Source: Thraustochytrium aureum (taxonomy: Eukaryota). Taken from it: DNA of 20,000 nucleotides. This document shows positions 1 through 10,173 of the stretch, in pieces. The first letter of the stretch is position 1; each line of letters opens with the position of its first letter. The notes beneath the pieces are model-generated. The model was given only the letters and a program-made list of their open reading frames with translations. It was not told the DNA's origin and searched no databases. The stretch is taken from assembly GCA_012862495.1 (NCBI GenBank), contig BLSG01000325.1:58916-78915 (forward strand), written 5' to 3'. Made by a program: the position numbers and the translations under genes.

Positions 1-18
1 CCCCACGCTCACTAACAA

Positions 19-897
19 ATGAGCCGCACCCCCCCCTTTGTGCTGGCGAAGACCTTTCTGATGCAACAAGCGTTCACGCGCCGCGAGCAAGCTCTGGGCA
101 ACATGGCAGACATGAAGGCCCTTGTTGTGCAGGCCAGCATGGCCAACTTGACCTGGGACTTTCCTTCAGGCCTCAACTCAAAAGGTTGGGGCGGTCGCGC
201 CACGCTGCCCCCTTCCTTCAACGAGCGTGTGCGCGCAACGAGCTCAGAGTTCCTCCACCTCCTGTATCAGTACCTCTCCATGCCGACAGTGTCTAGGGCG
301 CGCAACTTTATCGTCCCGAGCTACAAGCACGAAGCAGCCAAGGTGCACTCGCTGCAAGACAAGATCATCTCTCGCATCACTGAGGTGTTTCGCGAGTTTT
401 TCGACATTGTAGAGACGCTCAAGGCGCACGGGCTCCCAGCCAACGAGGCAAGCCGCATTAACCAATACCATTGGTTCATTCAGCAGCGCCTCGAGCTCTT
501 GCGGATGAAAAAGTACTACCGCACACCGCAGGCCACACGGAGCTACGGCCGAGTGTACGTCTTTGTCCTGCCCTGGTTCTTTGGGCCGTACTTTGCCTGG
601 GTGGCCGGGCTGCAGGACCCAACGTCGCAGACACAGGCAAGCTACGGGTTTGCGCTCGCTCTCGCGGCCCTGACCTTTCTTGTGCTCATGGGCCTCATCA
701 ACGTGGGCCGACTCTTGGAGGACCCTTTCATGGAGAGTGATGGGTTTGACTGCTTGCACCTCAAAGCAGAAGTTGCGTCGGCCTGCCGGGCGATCCAATA
801 CTTTTACGAGCAGGCTGAGCTCAAAAGGGCCGGTTTGGAGGGCGACTCGGGGTTCAGTCCTTGCGAGGCTGCGCAAACCCCGCTGTGTCAACTGTGA
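19..897 (+). CDS. 3' part of a bestrophin-like (putative anion channel) membrane protein; true start probably upstream of the window
   Basis: The ORF has AFTRREQAL near its start, RxxKxYRTP followed by two hydrophobic helices, and 'GLINVGRLLEDPF..DGFD', which resembles the bestrophin-family (L/I)E(D/N)PF..D.D motif. A branch-point-like CACTAAC at 10-16 suggests the first ~60-70 nt are intronic. Confidence 0.55.
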   Translation: MSRTPPFVLAKTFLMQQAFTRREQALGNMADMKALVVQASMANLTWDFPSGLNSKGWGGRATLPPSFNERVRATSSEFLHLLYQYLSMPTVSRARNFIVPSYKHEAAKVHSLQDKIISRITEVFREFFDIVETLKAHGLPANEASRINQYHWFIQQRLELLRMKKYYRTPQATRSYGRVYVFVLPWFFGPYFAWVAGLQDPTSQTQASYGFALALAALTFLVLMGLINVGRLLEDPFMESDGFDCLHLKAEVASACRAIQYFYEQAELKRAGLEGDSGFSPCEAAQTPLCQL

Positions 898-1088
898 AAG
901 AGAAGACTGTTTCAGCCAACCACTTTTGGACTTGGTGTCTTTGCTTGCTATTCCTCTTTCTTTCCAACCAAGCCTGTAGGAGGGCGGAGCTGTCGAGCGG
1001 GCCCGCAGCGCAGACGCGGGTCAGTCAGATACTCTGGCCAACGAGCGCAGAACGGGAAACGAAACCCAGCGCGCAAAATCCCGGGCCA

Positions 1089-1583
1089 TCAGCCGGGCGG
1101 CCACTTCATCTGGCGGCCCCCAATCACGTGCAGGTGCAGATGATACACGCTCTGGCATCCCTGCGGGCCGTCGTTGATTACGATGCGGTACCCGTCCTGC
1201 GCGAGACCCTCCTGCTCAGCGACCAGCTTGGCCGTGTACATGAGGTGACCAAGCAGCTCCTTGTCGCTCTCCTGCGCCTTGCTCAGCTGCGACAGATTGC
1301 CCCGCACCTTGGGAATCACCAACAGGTGCTTTGGCGCCTGCGGGCTCACATCGTGGAAGGCCAGGCACTTGTCGTCCTCGAACGCGATCTTGGCGGGGAT
1401 CTCCTTCCGAACAATCTTGTCGAAAATCGTCTCCTCCGCCGGCGCGGCCGCCGGCGTGGCCGCCGCAGAGGCGCGCTCCTCCTCGCTCATGCTGCAAAGT
1501 CCTCTACCGCGCGTCGCCCAGCCTCCGCGTCTCGCAGCTCCTCCTGCGACCCGCGCTGCTCGCCACGCGCGCACAGTTGCCAT
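1089..1583 (-). CDS. HINT: Histidine triad nucleotide-binding protein (HINT1/HINT2 family) with Arg/Ala-rich N-terminal presequence
   Basis: [62 protein letters not shown] (HxHxH triad and typical WPPG C-terminus). First ATG is at 1583, second at 1490. Confidence 0.96.
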   Translation of the reverse strand: MATVRAWRAARVAGGAARRGGWATRGRGLCSMSEEERASAAATPAAAPAEETIFDKIVRKEIPAKIAFEDDKCLAFHDVSPQAPKHLLVIPKVRGNLSQLSKAQESDKELLGHLMYTAKLVAEQEGLAQDGYRIVINDGPQGCQSVYHLHLHVIGGRQMKWPPG

Positions 1584-1777
1584 GGGCTTCTGCTTCGCAT
1601 TCACAGAACAGATCCTTCCGATTTTGTACGAGCGGAACACCTACTCGTCATTTGATGGAAGAGGTTCATCGCGGGTTGGCTTCTCTGCCGGCTCGCGCCG
1701 CCACGGCCCTGCATGGTGCTGCGGCACTGGCTGTTGGCTGACCAGCGCAGGCCGCAAAGTGCGGTGCCCCATGGCTC

Positions 1778-1819
1778 TTGACGAGTTGACGAGCGAGTTG
1801 GGTTGACGAGGTTGTCGAG
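1778..1819. repeat. Clustered TTG(A/T)CGAG octamer, 4 copies
   Basis: TTGACGAG at 1778, 1786 and 1803 and TTGTCGAG at 1812, in the divergent intergenic region. Confidence 0.6.
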
Positions 1820-2041
1820 GTCGCAATTAGCTAATCGATCGGCAGCATGGCGATCCACGGCGGTGGCGTGGTCGGGACGCTGCAGAACAGCTTCGCGGAG
1901 ACTCCACGCTGCACGAGCGAGCGCTGGTCGCAGCTGGTTGCGAGCGCCTTGTCGGCAAATCGGGCTTCGGAAACCTTTGCCCTCCGGGACGTCGCTTGTT
2001 TGGCCAGGGCGGCGAGCCAGGTTTCTGGCAAGGAGCAATTC

Positions 2042-2081
2042 TCGCAAGGCGGTCGCAAGGCGGTCGCAAGGCAGTCGCAAG
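2042..2081. repeat. 11-bp tandem repeat (TCGCAAGGCGG), ~3.6 copies
   Basis: tcgcaaggcgg tcgcaaggcgg tcgcaaggcag tcgcaag read directly. Confidence 0.9.
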
Positions 2082-2355
2082 ACTGGGCCCTCCAGGGTGC
2101 CGCACGGATCTGTGCGCGTGCAGGCGCGACGGCGACTGGCCCACGAGCCCAGTGCCAGAAACCTGGCGGTGCTGGGTTGGTTGCAGATTCAGGTTTTTAC
2201 CGTTAGGTGCGTTACGTGGCAATGCGGCTTTGGCGCCCAGCAACGCGGCCCTCGAGCGGTCGAGCAGAGCGGAAGCGGGGCTATCAACGAGGCCCAAGTC
2301 CGCCCGCGCGCGATCTGCGGCGAACGCGGTCCAAAAGAGGGCGGCAGGCAAAACG

Positions 2356-5300
2356 ATGCGGTGGGGCCTGAGCACTTTTCTCGCCCTTGTCGCGACAGCA
2401 GCAGCTCTTGTCCAGGCAGCGCGCCCGCCACCATCGACATATGCCACGGGCGACGAGACTGTCCCTGTAAGGGTATGTCCTCCAGGTAGCTTTTGCGTTG
2501 GCGGGGCTCGCTACGAGTGCCCAGCTGGGACAGCCAACCCCAAACCAGGGCAGACGCAATGCGAGCCATGCAAGGACAAAAGCGCGTGCCCAACGGGGAC
2601 CGCAAAGCCGCTCATGCGACCTCCACTCGCTAGCGCGACGGATCCTGGAGGAGGCAATATGGCAGGTGAATATGCAGATGCACGCATCTGGGTCAACCAA
2701 GCGCCGTTGGGGGCGGGCGCACCAGCGCGCTGCAAACCTGGCTTCTACTGCGTCTCCGACACCGTGCGCCGGCCATGCGGAGCTGGCTACTACGGGCCCT
2801 TGTCAACCCACACAGACAAGCGCTGCGCAGGCCTCTGCCCCGTCGGGTTTTACTGTCCCGGCGGTACTGCAGAGCCATTGCCATGCCCTGCAAACCCGCG
2901 GGTCTTTTGTCCAGAGGGCGCAAGCACCCCGGTTGACGTCGAGGCGGGGAGATACGTATCGAGTGACCAACGCGAGGTCGCTGCAGAGCGAGGCTATTTT
3001 GTTGGGAGCGCTGGCATCCGCGAGCCATGTCCAGGAGGCCACTACGGCGACATTGTGGGCGAGACCCGCGAATCCTGCGCGGGACTGTGCGAAGCTGGCT
3101 ACTACTGCCCCGAAGGGTCTGCCTCATCGCGCGAACGTCGCTGCACGGCGCCTAGTACTTTTTGCCCGGAGGGCTCTGCTGCCCCGCTCCCTGTGGCCGA
3201 GGGCAACTACTCAGACGGCGCAAGAACAGTGCAGGTCCAATGCCCAATTGGGGCCTTTTGCGTAGGTGGGGTTGCCATTCCTTGCCCAGCAGGGACGTTC
3301 AACGCTGCGGCAGAAGGGCTCTCTGCCGCAAACCAGTGCGCGCCATGCCCTGGCGGATACTTTTGTAGCGGTGAGAGCGCAACCCCCTGCGGCGACCCCT
3401 CCCATTACTGCCCCCCCGCAGACCCACGAAGCCCGCGCGCCGTGGAGGAGGGATGGTATACCGTCGGGGAGGCGCGGGTTCTGGCCAGTACCAGATCGCA
3501 CTGCTCGTTCTCGAACGTGGCCTGCAGCAGATTTCCATACAATGCTCTCTACCTGCCCCAAGCGACTGTGCAAGACAGCCGCACAGAGCGCGAGGCGGCC
3601 GTGCAGTGCGAGCCTGGTCACTACTGCGTCGATGGCAGCCGCTACGAATGCCCTCCGGGGACGTTTGGGTCGACCAGCGGCCTCACCTCCTCAAACTGCA
3701 CGGGCCCTTGCCGTGCGGGTTTCTTCTGCCCTGCTGCTGCGACTCGGGCAGACCAGTTCGAGTGCCCAGACGCGTTCTTCTGCCCAGGAGGGGGAGCGGA
3801 AGTCCGCACCCCGTTCAGATCGGGTACTACATCTCCAAAGACAAGAGCGCCGAGCTTCCGTGCCCGACCGGGTCGTACTGCGTGGAGGGAATCAGGCATT
3901 CTTGTTCGCCCGGCAAGTACGGTGACAGAACTGAGCTCGCCTCGCCCGTTTGCAGTGGGCTGTGTCCTCCTGGTTTCTATTGCCCCGAAGGGACGGCCGA
4001 CCCACGTGGACTCAGGTGCGAGGGGGCCGAGGTTTTTTGCCCGATCGGCTCCGGGTTGCCACAGCCGGTCTCGAACGGCTACTACTCAAACGCGGAGCGG
4101 TCCTGGCAATATCCCTGCGAGCCGGGGCACTTTTGCATGGGCGGGGTCAAGTCAAAGTGCCCAGCAGGGACCTTTGGAGACCGCTTCGCTCTCGCCTCGC
4201 CAGAGTGCTCTGGGCTGTGCAGCGCGGGGTACTTTTGTCTCGAGGGCGCCACGTCATCGATGATGCACGCCTGCCCGGACGCGTTTGGGCTCACCCCCGA
4301 CAAGCAGACCTTTCTGGGCAACAATGTCCAAGACACCACCTGCTTGGTCCACCTCTTGGACGTCTACCCAGAACAGTTTTTCGAGTTCTCGGTCCTGCCA
4401 ATGTACCACGAACGCGATCCCTCTCTGTGGAATCTCGCTGAGGCCAAGGCGGGACTGTACAGCGTGCTCAACACCATGGAGTGGGACCCAGCACACCGCG
4501 CGTTTCGCGCCAGGGGCGGAAGCGCGGCAGACTTTATGCAGACCGGCTGGCGCCCCGGATCGGGTGCCAAAACGATGTGCATGTGGAAAATGTTTGTCAC
4601 CGACAACATCTTTGGCTTGGACGGGATGGAGAAACAGGAGGCCCACAACGACTATTTCATGATCGGTACACTTTGGTCGTACCCCGACCGCGTGTTTGTG
4701 TCGTCGGGAACGCAACGGGGCGGGTACGCGCACACGCGCGTCTCCATTCTGCGCGACGAATGGGTGTTTTATTGCCTCAGCAGCGGCGGCGCAGGCGGTA
4801 CGAGCGAGGCCTACATCGCCACCCCGCGCCAGGCGTTGACGCGCGTCTGGGAGCAGGCTGACAACGGAGCAGATCGGGGCATAGCCGGCGCGAGCACGCA
4901 CTTGTCGATGGTGTACGGGCGGACGTCAACAGGCCTGACGGACCGCCCATTGTACCACTCGCCGGATCGCCACGCCCACCCTGACGCGCTTTACGGGGGT
5001 ATCTTGCACTGGGACGCGCACCTGAGCGAGCAAGAGCTGGAGAACGCGTACCAGGTGACGGCGGTGTTTTACCCGCCAGACAATAGTCGCGACCCAGAGG
5101 AGCTCGTGTGCGGAGCGCACCCAAGCCAGGAGTGGATGCAGGGCTACGGCGGCCGCCATGTCGGGCCACTACGATCTGTTCACTTTGTAAGAATGCTATC
5201 GGTGTGTACGAGCCACGCCAGTCGCCGGCTCGCCAGTTTCAGCGCGAAGACGTCATGGTACCGCTGCTGCCCCTCACCCTTGGCGGCACGCGCGAGTCCG

Positions 5301-5659
5301 TGTATTGCCCCGCGGGAAGTGGGTTGCCGCTTCCGAGCCGACCGGGATACTACACGACGGCGCAAGCCGCCTCGCAAGAGATTTGCCCCTTGGGCCACTA
5401 CTGCGTGAACGGCATCAAGCACCCGTGCCCTGCAGGCACCTTTGGGGATTCGCGAGGCCTAAGCTCCGCTCGCTGCTCCGGGCATTGCCCGGCTGGCGCA
5501 GCATGTCCGGAGGGCTGCGCTGCCCCCTTGGCGTGTCTCGAAAACGAGTACGCCGTGCCGGCGAGCTCGGCCTGTGTGTCCTGCGGCCAGCTCCCGGTCG
5601 GCCGGCGAGCCTCGTGCAAGACGTCGCGAGCGTGCTGCGCGATGCTGGAGGCCGCCTAG
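2356..5659 (+). CDS. Secreted cysteine-rich repeat protein (GCC2_GCC3/ephrin-receptor-like CPxGxYC repeats) with internal LamG/concanavalin-A-like domain; split over three reading frames
   Basis: Signal peptide MRWGLSTFLALVATAAALVQA at 2356. Many CPxG(F/Y/H)(Y/F)C..G and CPAGT(F/Y)G repeats continue across the ORFs at 1996-4263, 3453-5408 and 5108-5659, with frame changes at ~3790 and ~5187-5242. No C-terminal TM helix. Confidence 0.85.
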
Positions 5660-6010
5660 CGCGCGGTTGAATTGCTGTGCCACGGCGTGCGCCACGCCGC
5701 GCAACTTGCTCCAGTAGAGTCTTGATCAAGTACATCGATAGTCCTCCACAACATCACATCGGCGACGCAACTTTGTTTGCTTTTTTGTACTAGTCGTGTT
5801 CTGCCCTGCCCGGTCTCTGGGATGGCGCGCTCGAGACGTTGTTCGTTTTGCGTTGCGCCCTGGAGCCGCGAGCGCCGCGGCTAGGCAAGCAAGAACGACG
5901 CAAGGGAGCCGCGCACTGCCACCGGACGAGACGGGGCCCGGGGAAGAGCGCACCAGTCTGCAGAGCGGCGCCTCCGCGTCGCGCCTGCTCTCGCAAGACT
6001 TTTGGCAAGC

Positions 6011-7414
6011 CTACCACTCGATGCCGAGGCCGACGTCGCGCTTCTTGCTGGCCTTGAGCCGGGTGGAGAGCGTGTTGATGAAGCCCGTCGCCGCGGTCGG
6101 GTCAAAGCCGCCGTGCACGTCCATAGAGACGATCTTGGTGTCGTACAGCGTGTTGGGCGAGGTGCGGCCGCGGTTCATGACGTTGCCCTTGTGGAGGCGC
6201 ACCGAGGCTTGGCCCGTGACGGTCTTCTGCGCAAACTGCATCGAGTTCTTCAGGAAGGCCATCTCGGGGCTAAACCAAAACCCGTTGTAGACGAGCTCGG
6301 CGTACTTGAGCGAGAGTTGGTCGCGGATGCGCATCACCTCGCGGTCGAGGCAGAGCAGCTCGAGGTCGTGGTGCGCAGAGAAGAGCACGGTGCCCGCAGG
6401 GGTCTCGTAGCAACCGCGCGACTTCATGCCGACGTAGCGGTTCTCGACGATGTCGATGCGGCCCACGCCGTGTTGGCCCGCCACCGTGTTGAGGTAGCTA
6501 AACATCTCGACGCTGTCCGTGAGCTCGGTGCCGTCGTCGTCGTTGACCACCTTGCACGGGATGCCCTTCTCGAACGAGATCGTGAGGTTGACCGGGGTGT
6601 CCGGCGTGTCCATGATGTCGGCGGTCTTCTTCTTGAGCACCAATCCGGGGTACTCGTTCGCGCTGCCCGGGTAGGCAGGGTCTTCGAGCTCGCCCGACTC
6701 GAAGCTGATGTGCATGCAGTTCTCGTCCTCAGAGTACGAGTGCTTTTTGGTCTGCGAGATGGGAATGTTAAACTTGCTCGCGTACTCGATCAGGTCGCCG
6801 CGGCCCTGGAACTTTTCGCAGTACACGGGGTCGCGCCACAGCGTGACGCACTTGAGCGCGGCGTCCAGGCCCAGGTAGCACAGCTCGAAGCGGACCTGGT
6901 CGTTGCCCTTGCCGGTGGACCCGTGCGAGATGTACTGGGCGCTCTCCTTGTGGCAGATCTCCACCTGGCGGCGTCCGATGCAGGGCCGCGCGATCGAGGT
7001 GCCCAACAGGTACCGGCCCTCGTAGATCGAGTTGGCGGCGATCATCGGGAAGACAAAGTCGTCCACGAACTCGCGGCGAAGGTCCTCGCAGTAAAACGCG
7101 TAGGCGCCAGAGAGGCGCGCCTTCTCCTTGATGGCCTCCTTGTCCGCCTCGGTCTTGACGTCGTCCTGGCCGAGGTCGGCGATGTAGGCGCACACCTCAA
7201 ACCCCTTCTCGTTCGCGAGGTACGCGAGCTGCGTCGACGTGTCGAGCCCGCCCGAGTAGGCCAGCACGAGCCTGGGCTTGCTCTCATCCGGCTTGCGAAA
7301 CTCGGTCTTGTTAAACTGCCCACTCCCGGTGCTCATCGTGCGCAGCGCGCCAGTCCTGCCGGCCGTGCGCCGGGCGGCGCCGACCAGGCCGGTCCGCGCC
7401 CCGGACAAAACCAT
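6011..7414 (-). CDS. ASS1: Argininosuccinate synthase with N-terminal extension
   Basis: LAYSGGLDTS, YEGRYLLGTSIARP, SHGSTGKGNDQVRFE, YSEDEN, GRIDIVENRYVGMKSRGCYETPAG motifs, with strongly biased codons. Start is at ATG 7414 or 7429, with another Met at 7336. Confidence 0.98.
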   Translation of the reverse strand: MVLSGARTGLVGAARRTAGRTGALRTMSTGSGQFNKTEFRKPDESKPRLVLAYSGGLDTSTQLAYLANEKGFEVCAYIADLGQDDVKTEADKEAIKEKARLSGAYAFYCEDLRREFVDDFVFPMIAANSIYEGRYLLGTSIARPCIGRRQVEICHKESAQYISHGSTGKGNDQVRFELCYLGLDAALKCVTLWRDPVYCEKFQGRGDLIEYASKFNIPISQTKKHSYSEDENCMHISFESGELEDPAYPGSANEYPGLVLKKKTADIMDTPDTPVNLTISFEKGIPCKVVNDDDGTELTDSVEMFSYLNTVAGQHGVGRIDIVENRYVGMKSRGCYETPAGTVLFSAHHDLELLCLDREVMRIRDQLSLKYAELVYNGFWFSPEMAFLKNSMQFAQKTVTGQASVRLHKGNVMNRGRTSPNTLYDTKIVSMDVHGGFDPTAATGFINTLSTRLKASKKRDVGLGIEW

Positions 7415-7509
7415 CCCAAACCCGCCCATCCTCAAACCCGACTTTTCCACGCGGCAAAAACCAAACGCAACGAGCGAACGGGTGTCTACCGACGCAAACG
7501 CAAGCCCCA

Positions 7510-7550
7510 CTGCTGCTGCTCCTGCTGCTGCACCTGCTGCTGCTGCTCCT
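7510..7550. repeat. Imperfect (CTG)n/(CAG)n trinucleotide tract upstream of ASS
   Basis: ctgctgctgctcctgctgctgcacctgctgctgctgctcct. A second short CTG run lies at ~7864-7880. Confidence 0.8.
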
Positions 7551-7976
7551 TCGAGGTCTGCCGAACAGACGTGCACTGTCCAAAAGATAGCAACCACTCT
7601 CATACATACTCTAGAGTACCTCAGGACTGATGACTGCAATCAATCAAGGAGCGAAACGACGCGCTACCGAACCGCCGTGCGTCGAAGCGCTTCGGAGCCA
7701 GTCAATCGCTGCGGGCTGCGTCGGGCACCCAGGGCCTGCGTCGAGTGCCGGCCGGCCTGCGCGCCTGCGCGCCTGCGCTCGACCGCGGTGGGCGGCGGCC
7801 CGACTTGCGCGGCGTTTTGTACCTGACCTGATCGGGGAAGTTGCTTACTGTACTACTGATGAAGCTGCTGCTGCTGCTGCGGCGGCGCAAGCCGAGCAGC
7901 TTGCACGTGCCATGTACTCATGCAGTACCGTCCCCATCTTGCTGGCCCTGCTCGACGCGGCTTTGCCTGGAGCTCT

Positions 7977-8173
7977 TCCTCGGACTCGCTTGTTGCTCGC
8001 GCTCGCACCAAGTCAGAAACGAGCGCGTTGGCCAGAAGGCGCGTTTTCGACCGCCGGGAGCGAATGATGGTTGTCCTCGGACTCGCTTGTTGCTCGCGCT
8101 CGCACCAAGTCAGAAACGAGCGCGTTGGCCAGAAGGCGCGTTTTCGACCGCCGGGAGCGAATGATGGTTGTCC
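7977..8173. repeat. Perfect 97-bp tandem duplication (2 copies + 3 nt)
   Basis: 7977-8073 is identical to 8074-8170 (tcctcggactcgcttgttg...gaatgatggttg). Confidence 0.95.
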
Positions 8174-9103
8174 ATGACCACGCACACGCGGCCCACGACC
8201 CGGCGGTCCAGAAGAGCGCCGAACGCCTCGCGAACCCCATGGGTCGTCAGCGGGTGCGTCTCACAGATGTACGGCTTGAGGAAGCCGGCGCTGGCCCAGT
8301 CCAAAAGTTGTCTGTACCGTGGCGCCAAGATGGCCTGCGCCCCGTCCGGGTGCCTCGCAGGCATCTCGCCAGCGCGGCATCCCAACACCGCAAGACACTT
8401 GATGAGCGCATAGTTGGCAGGCACCGAGGGCCGCACTCCGCTCGTAAATCCGACGATGAGAACGCGGGCGCCGAACGCGGTCGAGCGGAGAGCCTGGTCG
8501 AACACGCTGCCGCCAACCGTGTCAAAGACGACGTCGACACCTCGCCCACCCGTCAGCTGTTTCACGCGGGCCGAAAACCGCTCCTCTGCGTTGTAGTCGA
8601 TGAGGTGGTCGGCTCCGGATGCGGCCTGGACAGTGCGCAGCTTGTCCATCGAGCCACCTGCTGCGATCACAGTGCAGCCAAACACGCGCTTGGCGAGCTG
8701 TGCCGCAGCGAGGCCCATGCCGCCGGTTGCGCCGCTCACCAACACGACGTCTTTGGCCGAGAGCGCTGCGCGCTCCACGAGGCCGTGGTACGCGGTCTCG
8801 TATCCCATCCTAAACGCCGCCCCTTCGGCGAACGAGAGGCAGTCGGGCAGGGCGAGCAATGCCACCTCTGGGACCACCATGTGTGTGCTCATCCCGCCGC
8901 TACCGCCGCGCGGCGCCCAGGCCATCACGCGATCGCCCGGCTGGAACGAGCTGCAGCCACGTCCACAGCGCTCGACAACGCCGGCGACCTCGAGCCCGGG
9001 CGTGTACGGGAACGTCTGCTTGTGCTGGTACCCGTTGGTCGTCTGGAGCAAGTCAGGAAAGTTGACGCAGCACGCCCCAACGCGTATCTCTACAGCGCCA
9101 TCC
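8110..9103 (-). CDS. NADPH:quinone oxidoreductase / zeta-crystallin-like MDR-family protein, 5' end missing in gap
   Basis: VNFPDLL..GYQ...FPYTPGLEVAGVV, FQPGDRV, TAYHGL, VLVSGATGGMG (nucleotide-binding), TGGRGVDVVFDTVGG, GARVLIVGFTSG, GRVCV. Confidence 0.93.
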
Positions 9104-9902
9104 NNNNNNNNNNNNNNNNNNNNNNNNNNNNNNNNNNNNNNNNNNNNNNNNNNNNNNNNNNNNNNNNNNNNNNNNNNNNNNNNNNNNNNNNNNNNNNNNN
9201 NNNNNNNNNNNNNNNNNNNNNNNNNNNNNNNNNNNNNNNNNNNNNNNNNNNNNNNNNNNNNNNNNNNNNNNNNNNNNNNNNNNNNNNNNNNNNNNNNNNN
9301 NNNNNNNNNNNNNNNNNNNNNNNNNNNNNNNNNNNNNNNNNNNNNNNNNNNNNNNNNNNNNNNNNNNNNNNNNNNNNNNNNNNNNNNNNNNNNNNNNNNN
9401 NNNNNNNNNNNNNNNNNNNNNNNNNNNNNNNNNNNNNNNNNNNNNNNNNNNNNNNNNNNNNNNNNNNNNNNNNNNNNNNNNNNNNNNNNNNNNNNNNNNN
9501 NNNNNNNNNNNNNNNNNNNNNNNNNNNNNNNNNNNNNNNNNNNNNNNNNNNNNNNNNNNNNNNNNNNNNNNNNNNNNNNNNNNNNNNNNNNNNNNNNNNN
9601 NNNNNNNNNNNNNNNNNNNNNNNNNNNNNNNNNNNNNNNNNNNNNNNNNNNNNNNNNNNNNNNNNNNNNNNNNNNNNNNNNNNNNNNNNNNNNNNNNNNN
9701 NNNNNNNNNNNNNNNNNNNNNNNNNNNNNNNNNNNNNNNNNNNNNNNNNNNNNNNNNNNNNNNNNNNNNNNNNNNNNNNNNNNNNNNNNNNNNNNNNNNN
9801 NNNNNNNNNNNNNNNNNNNNNNNNNNNNNNNNNNNNNNNNNNNNNNNNNNNNNNNNNNNNNNNNNNNNNNNNNNNNNNNNNNNNNNNNNNNNNNNNNNNN
9901 NN
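9104..9902. other. Assembly gap
   Basis: Run of N. Confidence 1.
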
Positions 9903-10173
9903 CCCCAGTGATGCTGCCCTTGGGGGCGAGCGTAGTGCAGTCGGGGGCCCTGCAGGTTTCGCAGCGCCGTCGCGGACCAGCGCACGCGGGGCTCGCCAAG
10001 CGACGCACCTCCAGAGAGATCGCTCTCGCTCTAGCTAGCTAGAGGCCTACAGGGAGTTGGAGGTAGGTATTTCACGTATTTTTGGGAATCAAAACAGAAA
10101 CGAAGCGAGGTAAACGCGCAAGAGACGCAGCAAGCTACTACCTGGCCGCGCCAGGGTCGCCCCAGGGCCCAAC

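Noticed and set aside
1601..2206. Small ORFs or a degraded gene between HINT and the Cys-rich gene
   Set aside because: No recognisable homology, ORFs of this size are expected at this GC content, and they run through tandem repeats.
6002..7630. 542-aa plus-strand ORF, and similar long antisense ORFs at 244-891, 861-1655, 15703-16653 and 17458-18912
   Set aside because: These are antisense shadows of real genes caused by high GC3 codon bias and show no recognisable motifs.
7430..7639. Extended N-terminus of the ASS ORF in the track
   Set aside because: It begins at a non-ATG codon and runs through a CAG tract, so it is more likely 5' UTR or intron.
9903..10042. Possible start of the oxidoreductase or end of a plus-strand gene beside the gap
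   Set aside because: Frames joined across 799 Ns are meaningless and the fragment has no diagnostic motif.
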